Shown here in pieces: positions 22,385 through 34,954 of a DNA stretch of 64,000 nucleotides; position 1 is the first letter of the stretch; every line of letters begins with the position of its first letter. The notes under the pieces were generated by a model. That model was not told where the DNA came from. It saw only the letters and a program-made list of their open reading frames with translations, and made no database searches. The translations under genes and the position numbers were made by a program. The stretch is from Rebecca billardiae RCC1528 (lineage: Eukaryota; Protista; Haptophyta): the NCBI GenBank assembly GCA_965240325.2, contig OZ251222.1, forward strand, positions 1,240,001 to 1,304,000, given 5' to 3'.

Positions 22385-24429
22385 CACAGTAAACAAATCG
22401 ATTTTAGCCGTCACCGTAACCTGTCCGCACTTCCGCCCAGTGGGGATGCGCTGGAATTTTTTTCATGCCCCGTTCGCGGCACGTCGCGCCGCGCACAGTG
22501 GAGAAAGATCGGGCCGAAGCCGGCTGAGCATGGTCGTTCGTGCGCACGCCCATTCGAATCGATGGCGCGCTCCGAGCGGCGGGCGTGCGCGCATGTGTGC
22601 CGCGAGGGGGGCTGCGAGGCGTCGGCCGGCTTGCCAAGGCGGTTCCCCGGGGCGGCGTCACCCTCGCCCGCCCCTCCTCGCCCACCCTCGCTCCACGGGC
22701 GGCCACACGTGAGCTGTTGAGATGGCTTCACGGGGGCCGCGCGGCACGCGCGCGGAGAGGCGAGGAAGTGGTGTTTCGCGGAAAAACGTTCTGTAGCATT
22801 GTGCCCAACCCATGTGGGCACCCGCTCCACAAGTTTGCGGTACGCCAAACCGCACACAGCGGCCTGAGCAGCTCCCAGACTGACTTTCGCTCTTGAAGCC
22901 TGTTTTTGGGCCAGATCTTGGTGTGGATGTAGCGCGGCGAGGAGGCGCCGGGCGCGCGCCCGAGCTGCGTGCTGGCACTCGCCATGACCCATAGGCATCG
23001 TCCGTAGCGAACGACCCGGCTCGCCTCGACCTCTCCGACCCGCCGGGCAGCCACGACCGAGCGCGCAGCCAACGGTGTCCAACCAGAGGCTTCTCAGACC
23101 GCGTGGGATGGGCATAGGCGCGAGAGAGGGCGCCCAGCGCGCTCTTGAGATGCACAGGAGCACGCGCTGGTGCGTATAGAACCATCCCATCACGATCGCC
23201 CCGACCTGGCGCGCCCTATCTGGCCCGTCAGGCTGCCCGCGCCGCCGCCGCCGCGCCACGCCGGCGCCACGCCGCCACCGCACCGCGGGCACGCGGGTAA
23301 GTCTGTATTCAACAAATACAGAATTTCCGGTGCGGCCCTCTTTTGGGCGGCAAGGTCGGCCTGGTCGACACCTGCCGCGCGGCATGGGCCACGGCGCGGC
23401 GAGGTGGCGGCTGGCGCACCGCGGCGCGGGCGGGATGGCTCGAGGACACCACCGCCCCGCCTCCCACGCCGCGCCGTGCGCGTGCGCCGTGCTCTCGTCG
23501 CGTACCGAATTTCCTGCGGTGAGCGACGTCACACAGCGCGACCATGCCATCGCGCGACGAGGTGCGTTCAGCTCGGCGATTTGTCGTATTTGTTGAATAC
23601 ATGCGGGTACGAATCAGCCGCAAGATCGCCGTCGATGGCGAGCCCTCGCATCGCCCGAGAGGGCGCGCGCGGTGTGGAGTGGCACGCGACGCGGGGAGGG
23701 CGGGTGCGGTGCCGCGGGCGCGCGACTGGTCTAGAACATCCCAATGAAGCGCGGGACGGCGCCGCGCGCCTGTGCTCGCCGCCGTCTCCTCGCAGTCGAA
23801 AATATCTGTGCACCCTTCTGCCTGGGGTTGGGCCGGCCTCGCACGCGGCACGCGGGCACTGCGTGCGGGGAGGAGTGTGACATGGCAGGCTGTGGCGAGG
23901 TGGATGGCCGTGCAGGAGTATGCTGGGAAGGGCCGTTCCCGCGCTCGCGCGGTGCCTCGCGCACGCCTCGTCGAGGACGAGCGTGCTTGAATGGCTCCGG
24001 GGATGCCTGCGCAAACGCTTGTGGACAGCAGCGCGCAACAGCGGTGCACACGACGAAGGTGACGACCAGGCACTCCGGCGAGGGCGGCTGTGGTTACAGC
24101 AGACTGCCTTTGGAGTAAGATGCGCCATCGTACGTGCCGCTTCGCCTCGCCGCATCGCCGCACTGAGCAGCAGGGCTCCACGCTCACGAATGGCTGCTCA
24201 CGAGCTACGTGACAGGCCAGCCGCGTGCAACCCGGCGAGGCAGAGAGGGGCGGAGAGATGGGGAGGCTGGCTGGGATGTTGCAGTCCCATGCCCTGGGCA
24301 CTCACCAGGCGCCTGCGCGACCACCGTAGCGTCTTCTGTGCGCTCGTGCAGCCCATGCGAGAATTTCCCCGAAAATCGGCTCGTGTCGGACAGGTTACGG
24401 TGACGATAATCCCGTTTTTGTTCACTGTG
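22385..24429. mobile_element. ~2.05-kb non-autonomous TIR element with CACAG termini (CMC/EnSpm-like)
   Basis: Left end CACAGTAAACAAATCGATTTTAGCCGTCACCGTAACCTGTCCG; right end revcomp CACAGTGAACAAAAACGGGATTATCGTCACCGTAACCTGTCCG. ATAT flanks both sides. No transposase recognised. Confidence 0.8.
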
Positions 24430-25965
24430 ATATTGCTTTACTCACGCCTTGGCGACGTCGCGATGGTGCCCGCCGACGCGGCCCCCGCCCCGCTCGCTGG
24501 CCCCGGGTGCGAAGCACACGGGGCTGGTGGGGCGGGGGCCGCATGCCTGTGGTGCTCCCCCATGCTCATCTTCGGCAATCTCCTGCGCGCTCGTCGGCCT
24601 CGCGGCACTCCTGCTTGGCTGCGACATGACTACGACTAGTTCTACGACCTCTACGACCACTTCTTCCTCCCTTCGTGCGCACGCGCTGGCCCTCGCAGAG
24701 CCAGTCGGACGCGGCGTGGGTGGCGGCACGAGCGCGGCCAGCGCGCTCGGCCTGCCTGCCTGCGAGCCTCCATGGATGCGTGCGCGTGGGGCCGGGTTCT
24801 GCCACCGTTCATTGCCAACAGCAACTGGGCACGGACCTGCGACGAGGCATGCCGCCTTTCCCCACGCGCCCTTCAGGTTGTCCCGGCTCAGCCGGTCGCT
24901 TCGGCGGCCGACGGGCCCTCGGCCGGCTCCCCCTTCCCGGGGACTCGGTGGGGCACCGCCAGGAGTGTCTCGCGGCGGGCGGGCCGAGCGCGCGGGTCGC
25001 CAGCTGACCCCGCGACGTTCGATTCGACTGCTCTGCGCTGGCACGTGCACGCGGAGATCAACCACACGCAGCGGGTCCGGGATAGGCACTGGCACCCTCT
25101 TTCTCCAGCCGGCCGCCGGCTGCATCGCCTCGGGGGGCGATGCAGCAGGTGGACGCCGCTGCACCCATCTGGCCCTTGGCGCTGGCCTCCTCCGTGCCCT
25201 TCGCTCCACCCTAGGTGGAGCAGGGGGTGCGGGGTGTGACGCGCCCAGGGGCCAGGTTCCCCAGCATCAAGCACTGCATCTGCAGCAGCCCGCCGGCGGG
25301 CTGGGCTGCGACATCGACTACCACCTCATCTGCTTCATCGCCCAGAGCGCGCTAGGCGGCGCGCTCACTCTCCAAGCCCCTCTTCTGCAGCTGCGCGCCG
25401 CTTGGCCGGCGCGCGGCGACGCGTACTACGACCTCATCCTCATCCAGGCGCCCACGCGGGCGCACGGGGGCGACAGCCGCGGCTGCCGCTTGCCGGAGCT
25501 GCTCGCCGCTAGGTCGGCGGGCGGCGACATCGACTACGACCTCACCCTCATCCAAGTGCTCCGGAAGGCGCTCGGCCGCGGCGGCATCTGCCGTCGCCGC
25601 CGCGTGCCCCAGGCCGAGGCGGTGCTCCATCCCGGCCCCGCTCCCGTAGGGGGGCAGGGCTGCGGGTGGCGCACTGTCTGACCTGGACGGAAGGCGCGGA
25701 CGCATTCTATGTGTCTGTTGCACTCTGAGCCTGACGCTTGTCCGATGCTGCCACGTCGTTAAATAAATATATATATATATATATATATTTCACACGTATA
25801 TATATATATTAACGACGTGGTATGCAACGGGCAGGCGTGCGGCGGAATATACGCGCGTGCGCGACTACTATCACGAAACTCAGACTCAGAGTCATCGTCG
25901 GGGCGCCGGGACCGACGCTCTCATCCGCTGTCGTGCAGTCGAGCGTTGGCTGCCTGGTCATGGTG

Positions 25966-28363
25966 TCAGCCGGCGAAGCGGCGGCTGTGCGTGACGCCCT
26001 TCTTGATGCCAGTCGCCTCGCCACCGTATTCACCCGCCGGCCGGGAGACGACATCGCGCACCTGGCCCTTCCGCCGGACCACCGCCCTGCGGAACTTTTC
26101 GCGGTTCTTTGTGCGCGCGTTCCGCTCCAGCTTCTTGCGCTTGCGCGTGAGGCCCTTGTTCTTCATGATGTCCCAGCCCGCGGCGCGCTTGTCGCCGTCG
26201 AGCGCGTCGTCCTCGGCCAGTGTCGGCATCATCGCCGCCTGCGGGCAGGGCGAGCGCAGAGGCGCGTCGGAGGCGCAGCACGGCGCAGGGGCGCGTGAGC
26301 GCAGGTGCGCGCGCCGCGCCGAGCGCGCGTGGCCGCGCGGCCGCACACGCTACTCACCTCCCTGGCATCCGCCTTCGCGCGCTTGCGCGACTTGGCCGCG
26401 CGCGCCGTCTCCTCGTAGAAGGCGGCCGCCTCGCCCCCGTCGTCGAACTCGTCGCCCTCGCCCGCGCCGCGCAGCCCTCCGAGCCCGCCGGGCAGCCCGT
26501 CAAAGTCGTCCAAGCCGCCGTCGTCGTCGTCGTCGTCGTCAGCCGCGGCGCGGCCGCGCTTGGCGCTCGAGCTCTCGCCGCGCCCGAGCTTCTTCACGTC
26601 GATGCCCGCGGCGAAAGCAGCGGCCGCGCCGTCGCGGAGCAGCGGCGTGATGTCGTCCAGCTGCTCCAGCTGGTCGAGCGCGCCCGCGCCCAGCCGGCGC
26701 TGCGCCGCCTTCTCCTTCTTGGTGCGCTGCAGCCGGATGAAATGCGCTTCCTCATATTCGCGCCGCTCCTCCTCCTCGCGGGCGAGTCGCGCGGCGACGG
26801 CGGTGCCGCTGCCGGGCGTGGCGCCCGCGAGGTCGACGGCGGCGAGCTCCTCGGGCTCGTCGCCGAACTCGTTGCGCAGCTCGCGCACCAGCGCCGAGCG
26901 CGACGCGCGCTCGAGGCGGCGGGCCTCATCGCGCTCAGCCTGCGGCGCAGCAGTGGCAGGGGTGGCGGTGGCGCGGCCGCGGCCGCGGTGAGCGCGTGCG
27001 CGGCCTGTGCGGGCGCGCGCGGGCCGGTGCGTGGTCGGGCGAGAGCCGCGCAGCGCACCTTGCGCTCGCGCTTGCCCTGCGAAGTGAGTGCTCCGTCGTC
27101 GTACTCCACGGCGGCCAGCTTCGGCGGCCGGTAGACGCCCACGCCGCCGCCGTCAGCCGCGGCGCCGCCGGCCGCGCGGCCGCGCCGAGCGCCGGCGCCG
27201 GCGCCGGCGCCGGCGCCCGCGTCCTCCTCGGCCCGGTCGACGAGCGCCGACGGGTTGGGCCTGTGCGCGCGCGCGCCGCCGGCGTCGTTGTCGTGCCGCG
27301 CCATCTGCAGCAGCTTGTCCACCTGGTACCGCAGCTTCTTGTCCAGCGGACCCATCTTCTCGAGCACGACGCGAAGTCTCACGAGTTGAGAAAGCACGGG
27401 ATGATCGCGCACGGCCGCGCCGCTCGCCTTCAGCGCGAGGTAGAACGACACGTTTGTGCAGTAGGCGAGGAGCAGCTGCAGCTTGGTCTCGAGGTACCCC
27501 AGCCCGCCCTCCACGCGCACCTCCCCCGCCGCCGCCTTCTCCACAAGCGGCGCCACCCGCGTGCGCGTCTCGTGCAGCCGGGCCTGAAAATCCGCGAGCA
27601 GCTCGAGCAGCTCGGGCGCGTCGCGAGATACAATCTCGCGCCGCTCGGCGGGCGTGAGCTGCGCGCCGGCGGCGCCCTCCGCTCCGTCGGCGGCGCGATC
27701 GAGCGCGACGACGGAGCCCGTGCGCAGCGAGCCCCCGCCAAGGTCGTCGTCGATACTCGCGAGCTGGCTGGCGGCCGCCAGCCGCGCACCCTTGCGCGCG
27801 CGCCGCGCGCCGAGTCCGCCGTCGTCAAAGTCCTCCGCCTCGAGCAGGGCGAGCTGCTCGGCCTGCAGGCGGCGCGCCTCGGCCTCCTCGAGCAGCGCCG
27901 CCTTCTCGTCGTCGGCGACCCCCTCCTCGTCCTCGTCCTCGTCCACGTCATCCGCGCCGTAGTACACGCCCTTCTTGCGCCCCCACCGCAGCGCGTCCTT
28001 GCCGCGCGCACCTTCGTCATCAGAGTCCTCCTCATCGTCGTCGTCGCCCAGGCTGAGCGGCATGGCCGGAAGCTCGTCGTCGTCGTCGTCGTCGTCATCA
28101 TCGTCGTCATCGTCGTCGTCGTCGTCATCGTCCTCCTCCTCGTCCTCCTCCTCGCTGTCCTTGCCGCCCAGGCCGAGCGTGTCGCCCAGGCGCGGATCTT
28201 CCGAGTCCTCGTCGCTCTCGCCGTCGTCGTCGCCGCCGTGCCCATTGCCCAGGGCAATGTGTTCGCGCAGGCGGTCACGCTCGGCGTGGAATGTGTCGAG
28301 CTCGTCGTCGTGCAGCTCGTCGGCTTGTGCACGGGCCTGCCCAGCCCGCCGGCGGCCGGGCAT
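25966..28363 (-). CDS. UTP3: Sas10/Utp3 small-subunit processome protein; introns 27058-26940 and 26357-26239
   Basis: Acidic N-terminus with WGRKKGVYYGAD. Sas10/Utp3/C1D domain (YLETKLQLLLAYCTNVSFYL..HPVL..LDKKLRYQVDKLL, YRPPKL). Sas10 C-terminal domain (KNKGLTRKRKK..RN.RTK..YGGEATGI). Confidence 0.92.
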
Positions 28364-31300
28364 GTCTTCCCGCGGCACGAGCACGACGTGCCCTTGAGCC
28401 CAGGGCCGCCTGCTGCGCAGTCCGGGCGGGCTGGGCGTGAGCCGCAGGCGGCTACTGTACCGGACTTTGCACCCGGCACTGGATTGTCGGAATACCATGC
28501 AGGGGTGCGCATCTGGATCCGTCCACTCGCGGCAACGCCACCCCCCCCTCTTGTGAACCCGGCTCCCCTCCGCCTGGCCCGATGGGCTCATCTCGTTTGC
28601 TGGCCCTCGCCCGCGCCTGCATGGGTTCGAATCATGCAACATGGCGCCTGAGTACAACCAGAACCCCTCTCGCTGCCCTCTCGGTCGTCAACAACTCGAG
28701 CCCGGCGAACCACGGACGGCGCGACATCGCATCGAACGAATCATGCTTCTCTCAGGGCAAGTGGAAGCGACCCTGCGCAGGCTGTGGCAAGGACGCATGT
28801 GCCGAGCGCCGCGATGCGTGACGTTCGCCACGCGAGATGCGCTCTGCTTCTGTGATCCACGGTCCGCGCAGGAGTGGTGTCTGACTTTCACCTCGGATGT
28901 GCCACGAAGCCTGCACTACTGGCCGAGTCGGCCAGTTCGCCGGCGCACGGCCGAGATGCCAAGTCACGGAGTCACTCCAGTCAACCAGTCTGCCTTAGTC
29001 TATCTGCAAAACATCAACGCATTCCATCAGTCCCTGTCCGACACATGCAAGTAATAACACTGAGTCAACGACGGTAAGCCACAGCAATTGCGTGTCTGGA
29101 GGGCACTACAGTCCGCGGCGCGGTCGTGAGCCGCGGCCTCGGCTCAGGCCGCGGCGCCCGCGTCGCCGATCACGGTCTCAGTCAGACGTCCCGCGGAGCT
29201 GACACTACCGCCGTAACTACTCGGTCCGTACTGAGTAGCTACTGGTCGTCGCCCTGACTCCGTGACGCGGTGTATATATAACCGGGTTCCGAAACAGTTA
29301 CAGGTGAGTACGGTCTGCGGGTCTGATTAGAACTAGTATACGGAACTGACCGTTCCGACGGTTTGACACGCCGTCATGATGCGGCCGTGGCGCCGGGACG
29401 GACTCGCCCTCGGACCGCTAGTAGCAGTGCCGAATATTTGCAAATTCAGTCAGTTGTAGGGCGCCGCCTCAGTCTCAGCAGATGCCTCGCGCAGGGCGGA
29501 TGGGCGTGCAAAAATGTGACAGTCACTTTACGGCTTCAAGCTGACGGCTGCCTGACGACAGCCTGTGTCATTCAGACTAATGATCGTCCGTTATTGCGGA
29601 AGTTATTGCCTGAAATGGCTGAATATTGGAGTGATCGTCTCATTTAGATGGGACGGCCCTGCGAGTTCCCACGCGGAGTCGCTCGCTAATGCGCCAGACC
29701 CCGGTCGACTGGCAGTCGATCCGTGCCACCGCCTAGTAATCTCGCCTGCCTGAGCTGTATGCGTCTCTTATTCTTAGTAAACTGTACCGTGGCCCGAGAT
29801 TCCGATTCTGCTGGTGGGATACTTGCGGCGGCGTCGACCAGTTGCTACATTGATCGCGGGCTGCAGACACTGTCGCAGCTGATCCGACTGGCGGAGTCGT
29901 GGACTGACTACCCCATCGGATCCGCGGCGGCGTCATGAGCCGCGCCGTGCCTGGGGCCTGTCCCGGTCTGGTCCGCTATGACTGTGACTGGGCATCAAAA
30001 TGTATAGCAGTCTTATCGCGTCCGAAGTGAACTGCTCAATGGATTGAGCGCGCGCCGCAGTCACCGGCTGTACTGCGTCAGAGATAGAGTGACAACCCTA
30101 CTCGGGAGTTTGCGCCGCGGACCTGCGTCACGCCGGAACATCACGGGCGCCGCCCGGCAGCGGCCCGGCCGCCGGCTGATTATATGTTCTGGCGGGCCGC
30201 GCCCCATGCCACGTGTCCGACGGGGCGTGTGTCCGCCACTTGAGTTATCTGGGCGCAGCGGTCCGCGGCTGTCGCAGACCCGCGAGACCGCTGTCTAACT
30301 AACTAGCTGCGTCTAGCCTGGTCAGCCTGTGCACAGTCCGGCCTGCTCCGCGGCCGCGGGGTTAATATTAATAAGTGAACTAACCCGCCCGGCAGACGTC
30401 GAGTCGGAGTCCGGACTCGCCCGTACCGTCTTACGAGTCTAGTCAGTACGTCGGTCCGCGCGCATCATAAGACCTGCAGTGCGGCTGCACCGTCAGTCCC
30501 GACGCGCAGATGCGGAGTAACTTGAGACGCGGTTGGCCGGAGTCCGAGCAGAGCCAGTACTCTCTGCCCGTCCGTCGGGCGCAGCGGGTGACTCGGTCTC
30601 GGAGTGGCGCGCGGACTCTAGTCACTCGTACCGGAGTGTCCGCCGCGGGGTCCGACCGCGCGCAGGCCGCAGACACTCTGAACTCGCGCGCGGTCCGCCT
30701 GTCGGCCCGCCCGCGGAGCCGCGGTCCCGGGGCAGCGGGACTACGCGCGGTTAGGACGGGAGCGCCACAATATTCTCCGCATACGGTTAGTATTACAGTA
30801 ACTAGTAATAGCGCCGCTTGAATCTGACGAGCATCGGGCCGCGGGGCCACAGCCGCCCCGAGTCAACGGTGCCGACGCGCGGTCCGCGCCGGCCCCGCCG
30901 GCCGCGCCGCGGCGGCGCTGCGGGCCGGCACTCTGACTCTCGCTGCTCCGGGAATGCGGCACTGTCGGAGTCGAAGTCGGACGAGTCCGCGACAGTGCCT
31001 CAGCCTGATGAGGCACTCAGCTGGGACCTGCACGGCCTGCCATCGGCGCGTCGCGGAATGGCCGACTCTGCCAGCGCCCGCTGCAGAGTGACGCCGCGGT
31101 CGCATGAGTAAACGGCGCCTGTATGGGCAGGGTAAAGGTGGCCCGTCGTCGGCAGTGGTCCGCCATGTCGGGAGGGAATCGAGCCCGCCGCGCTAGCCCC
31201 CACCCATGAGCGCCTCCGTGTTCGGCGAGAGCCGGCGAAGGATGGCGTCCGCGTTTGCACGCGGCTCCTCCATGCCGGTGCGCTCGCGCAAGCGCGCCAT

Positions 31301-32044
31301 CGCAGCGAGCTCGCCTCGCGGCATGTGCTGCTCCGAGTCGTCGCTGCCGCCGGCTGCCATGTGCCCGAGCACTAGCCTGGAGAGCGTGAGCGCCGAAGGC
31401 GGCAGCTGCGCGTCGTGCGAGATGGACATCGCGTGGTTGTGCGAGGCAGTTGCCATCCGCGCGTGCCGGCCACAGCTGGGCAGGCGGCCCCACCTGCCGA
31501 CCGGCTCGAGCTTCGGTCGCACGCGTGTGTCGCAGCGCAGCGTGGTCAGTGGTCGCGCGCCCGGATTGAGTACATTTCGCCGCAAACGACGCCGAGGATG
31601 TTGATTGGTGGAAGTAGTGGCCACAGTGATGACCAGATAGCCTCCCTCGCCCAATGGAGTTGCAACTTGCAACCGAATATGCGCCTGGACTTCTTTTCGA
31701 ACACCTATGTCCAGGGCTGGTTTCGGTTCACATGGAGTAGAAACTTGGGAAAGCTGTCATACAAGGGGGAGGTCATCAATCACTCCCTGAACGGGTACGC
31801 CCTACTAGAATTGGTTCCGTGGGTTACGTGCAATTGAGCCAGGAGCTAGGGGAGGAACCAATCGCCTCTAAGGTCGGCTGGCTTTTTGAGCGTTGATTGG
31901 CCCGGGCGTTGAGTTCCCTCTCGCGTCCACCGTCCAACCCCGTCCACCGCAAGCTCGGCAGACGAGACACCGCAAAACCCGGCCAACACAGCCGACAACC
32001 ACCCAACCCCAACCCGTCCAGCCGCGCGCACCGCAACCGCGAAC

Positions 32045-34236
32045 ATGGCGAACAACACGTTCCTCGAGCAGATGGAGGCGCTCCTCGACGCCAACCCGGT
32101 CGCTCCCTCCGAGTGGATCGAGTACTACAAGTCCATGCAGCCCGAAGTGCTGGTGCGCGCCGCCGGCATGCACGCGCGAGCACGCGCGCTGGCGGTCGCG
32201 CGCGCGCGCCGCGCCCAGCACACCCGAGCGTGCGACCGTCGCGCACTGACGCGTTGTGCCCGGCGCATGCGCACGCGTCCCACGCGCCGCTTCGCGCCGC
32301 AGCACTACCACCACCACGACGACGGGACCTTCCCGGAGCTGATCCGCAACCCGTCCCCCGCTCGCATCATCGAGCTCGCGCTCCGCTACGAGGGCGACAC
32401 CGCCAAGCTCACCTCGACGGGCGCCCTCGCCGTGCGCTCGGGCGCGAAGACCGGCCGCTCGCCCAAGGACAAGCGCATCGTCGAGAACGACGCCTCGAAG
32501 GGCAACGTCTGGTGGGGCCCGGTCAACATCCCGCTGTCCAACCAGTCGTTCATGATCAACCGCGAGCGCGCGATCGACTACCTGCGCTCGCGCTCGCGGT
32601 ACGCCGCGCCGCCTGCGCCGCGCACGCGCCGCCTCGCCCGCCGCGTCTCACCCGCCGCCCGCGCCCGCGCGCGCCTGCCCGCCGCGCGTCGCAGCCTCTT
32701 CGTGATCGACGCGTACGCCGGCCACGACCCGGAGCACCGGCTCAAGATCCGGATCGTGTGCTCGCGCGCGTACCACGCGCTCTTCATGCGCGACATGCTG
32801 ATCCCGTGCCCGCACGACGAGCTCGAGTCGTTCGTGCCCGACTTCGTCATCTACAACGCCGGCTGCTTCCCCGCCAACCGGTACGTCGACGGCATGACCT
32901 CGGCGTGCTCGATCGACGTCAACCTCGAGCGCGCGGAGATGGTGATCCTCGGCACGCAGTACGCGGGTGAGATGAAGAAGGGCGTGCTCACGCTGATGAT
33001 GTACAAGATGGTGCGCGCGCCGGCGGGCCCGCCGGCGTGGGGAGGCGCCCACGCCCGCGCACCGCCGCTCACGCGCACCTCGCGCCCACCCGCCGCCCGC
33101 GCGCCGCGCCGCCGCAGCCGATGTCGGGGCAGCTCTGCCTGCACTCGTCCGCGACGGAGGACATGCGCACGGGCGAGACGACGCTCTTCTTCGGCCTGTC
33201 GGGCACGGGCAAGACGACGCTCTCGGCGGACCCGCAGAGGCTCCTGATCGGCGACGACGAGCACGTCTGGACGGACAAGGGCATCTTCAACATCGAGGGC
33301 GGCTGCTACGCCAAGTGCTGCAACCTCTCCGAGGACAAGGAGCCCGAGATCTACCGCGCCGTCAAGTACGGCGCGATCATCGAGAACGTGGTGATGGACG
33401 AGGAGACGCACGAGGTGGACTACGACGACCTCTCGATCACGGAGAACACGCGCTGCGCGTACCCGCTCTCGCACATCCCCAACGCCAAGGCGCACCCGAT
33501 CGGCCAGCACCCGAACAACGTGATCTTGCTCGTGTGCGACGCCGCGGGCGTGCTGCCGCTCGTGAGCAAGCTCACGCGCGAGCAGGTGATCTACCACTTC
33601 GTCTCGGGCTTCACGTCCAAGGTGGCGGGCACGGAGGAGGGCGTGACGGAGCCGCAGCCCGTCTTCTCGTCGTGCTACGGCGAGCCCTTCCTCATGTGCC
33701 ACCCGCTCGTCTACGCCAACATGCTCGCGGACAAGCTGGAGCAGCACGGCTCGGACGCGTGGCTGCTCAACACCGGCTGGCTCGGCTCTTCGGGCAAGCG
33801 CTGCCCGCTCAAGTACACGCGCGCGATCGTGGACGCGATCCACACAGGCGAGCTGAAAAAGGCGCAGTACGGCCACGACGAGGTCTTCGGCCTGAAATTC
33901 CCGCTCAGCTGCTCGGGCGTGCCGGCGGAGATCCTCAACGCGGTGCGCGCACGCGCTGCACGCCCCGCCGACCGCGCGGTTGGTCGGGAGTGTGATGACG
34001 ATGGACAGCGATGCGCGTCGGTGGCCGTCAGTCGCGCGCGCGCACCGGCACTCTCTCACACGCGCGCCACCCCCGGCGGTGCATGCACACAGGTGAACAA
34101 CTGGGACGACGTGAACAAGTTCAAGGCCGCCCAGGCCAAGCTCGCCCGCGCCTTTGTTGACTCGTTCAAGAAGAAGGGCTTCGCCGATGCCGTGCCGCCG
34201 CCCGTGCTCGCCGTGTCGCCAAAGGTCGTGTCGTGA
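32045..34236 (+). CDS. PCK1: Phosphoenolpyruvate carboxykinase (ATP); introns 32153-32302, 32599-32694, 33011-33117, 33943-34092
   Basis: [25 protein letters not shown]-loop [37 protein letters not shown]. Confidence 0.97.
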
Positions 34237-34954
34237 GCCGCACGCCGACCGACCGACTAGCCGTTCCTCGGAACGTGTCACGTGATCCACCGCCCCGCAT
34301 CTAGTACGCACACCGTCGCTGCTGTTGGTGGCGCCGCGCGCTTCGAGCTCGGCACCGAGCCACGGAGCAGCAGTTGCCCTCGTCTTTGTTTGAGTCCACC
34401 TCGGTACTTGTGCTCTCTCGTCCCGGAGGCGTGGCACCGGACATCCGTCCGACCGTCGTCGCGCGGACCGCCGCCGCGCCGCCGAGTATAGCTAGACTGC
34501 TGATCTGCGCATGCCAAGAGATGCTGACCCGGGTGACCGCGCCTGGTGTCATCTGCTGTGCCCGACGGAGACTTTAGGACGTCGCGGACATCATCAGTCA
34601 GCAGCAAGCAGCATAGTAGCAGTTAGATTAGTTTTCTGCGCAGCGCTGATTCTATGCTTGATACTCGGGTGGCTCGGACGTCGCCACGACAATCACCCCT
34701 GCCGAGCCGCGATCAACGTGCTCACACCGCACCACGACTGTTCTGAGCAGATTCAACCAGTACAGTGACCATGACAGACGCCATCAGGAGAGCCGCGCCC
34801 TTAATTTGTGCCACTGTGCCGTTTTAAAACGTCACATTATAATTATATTAGTCACAGCCGAGTGCATGCGCTGCTCCCGCGCCGAGTCACGTCGAGTCGA
34901 CTGAACTCTCTGCTCGGGCTTGTACAGTAGTCGCGTCGGTCGTCTCTCTTCAGA

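Noticed and set aside
26996-28651. Long opposite-strand or alternate-frame ORFs overlapping real genes (also 11113-12432, 32851-34437, 60525-61985)
   Set aside because: These are shadow ORFs expected at this GC content, with no motifs.
29488-29664. Possible small MITE with CAGGGC/GCCCTG ends
   Set aside because: The inverted match is only ~6-8 bp and there is no TSD.
28582-31837. Small ORFs between Utp3 and PEPCK (e.g. CAGCGKDAC, 31193..31672)
   Set aside because: They are short, show no recognisable domain and lie in degenerate intergenic DNA, so they cannot be supported as genes.
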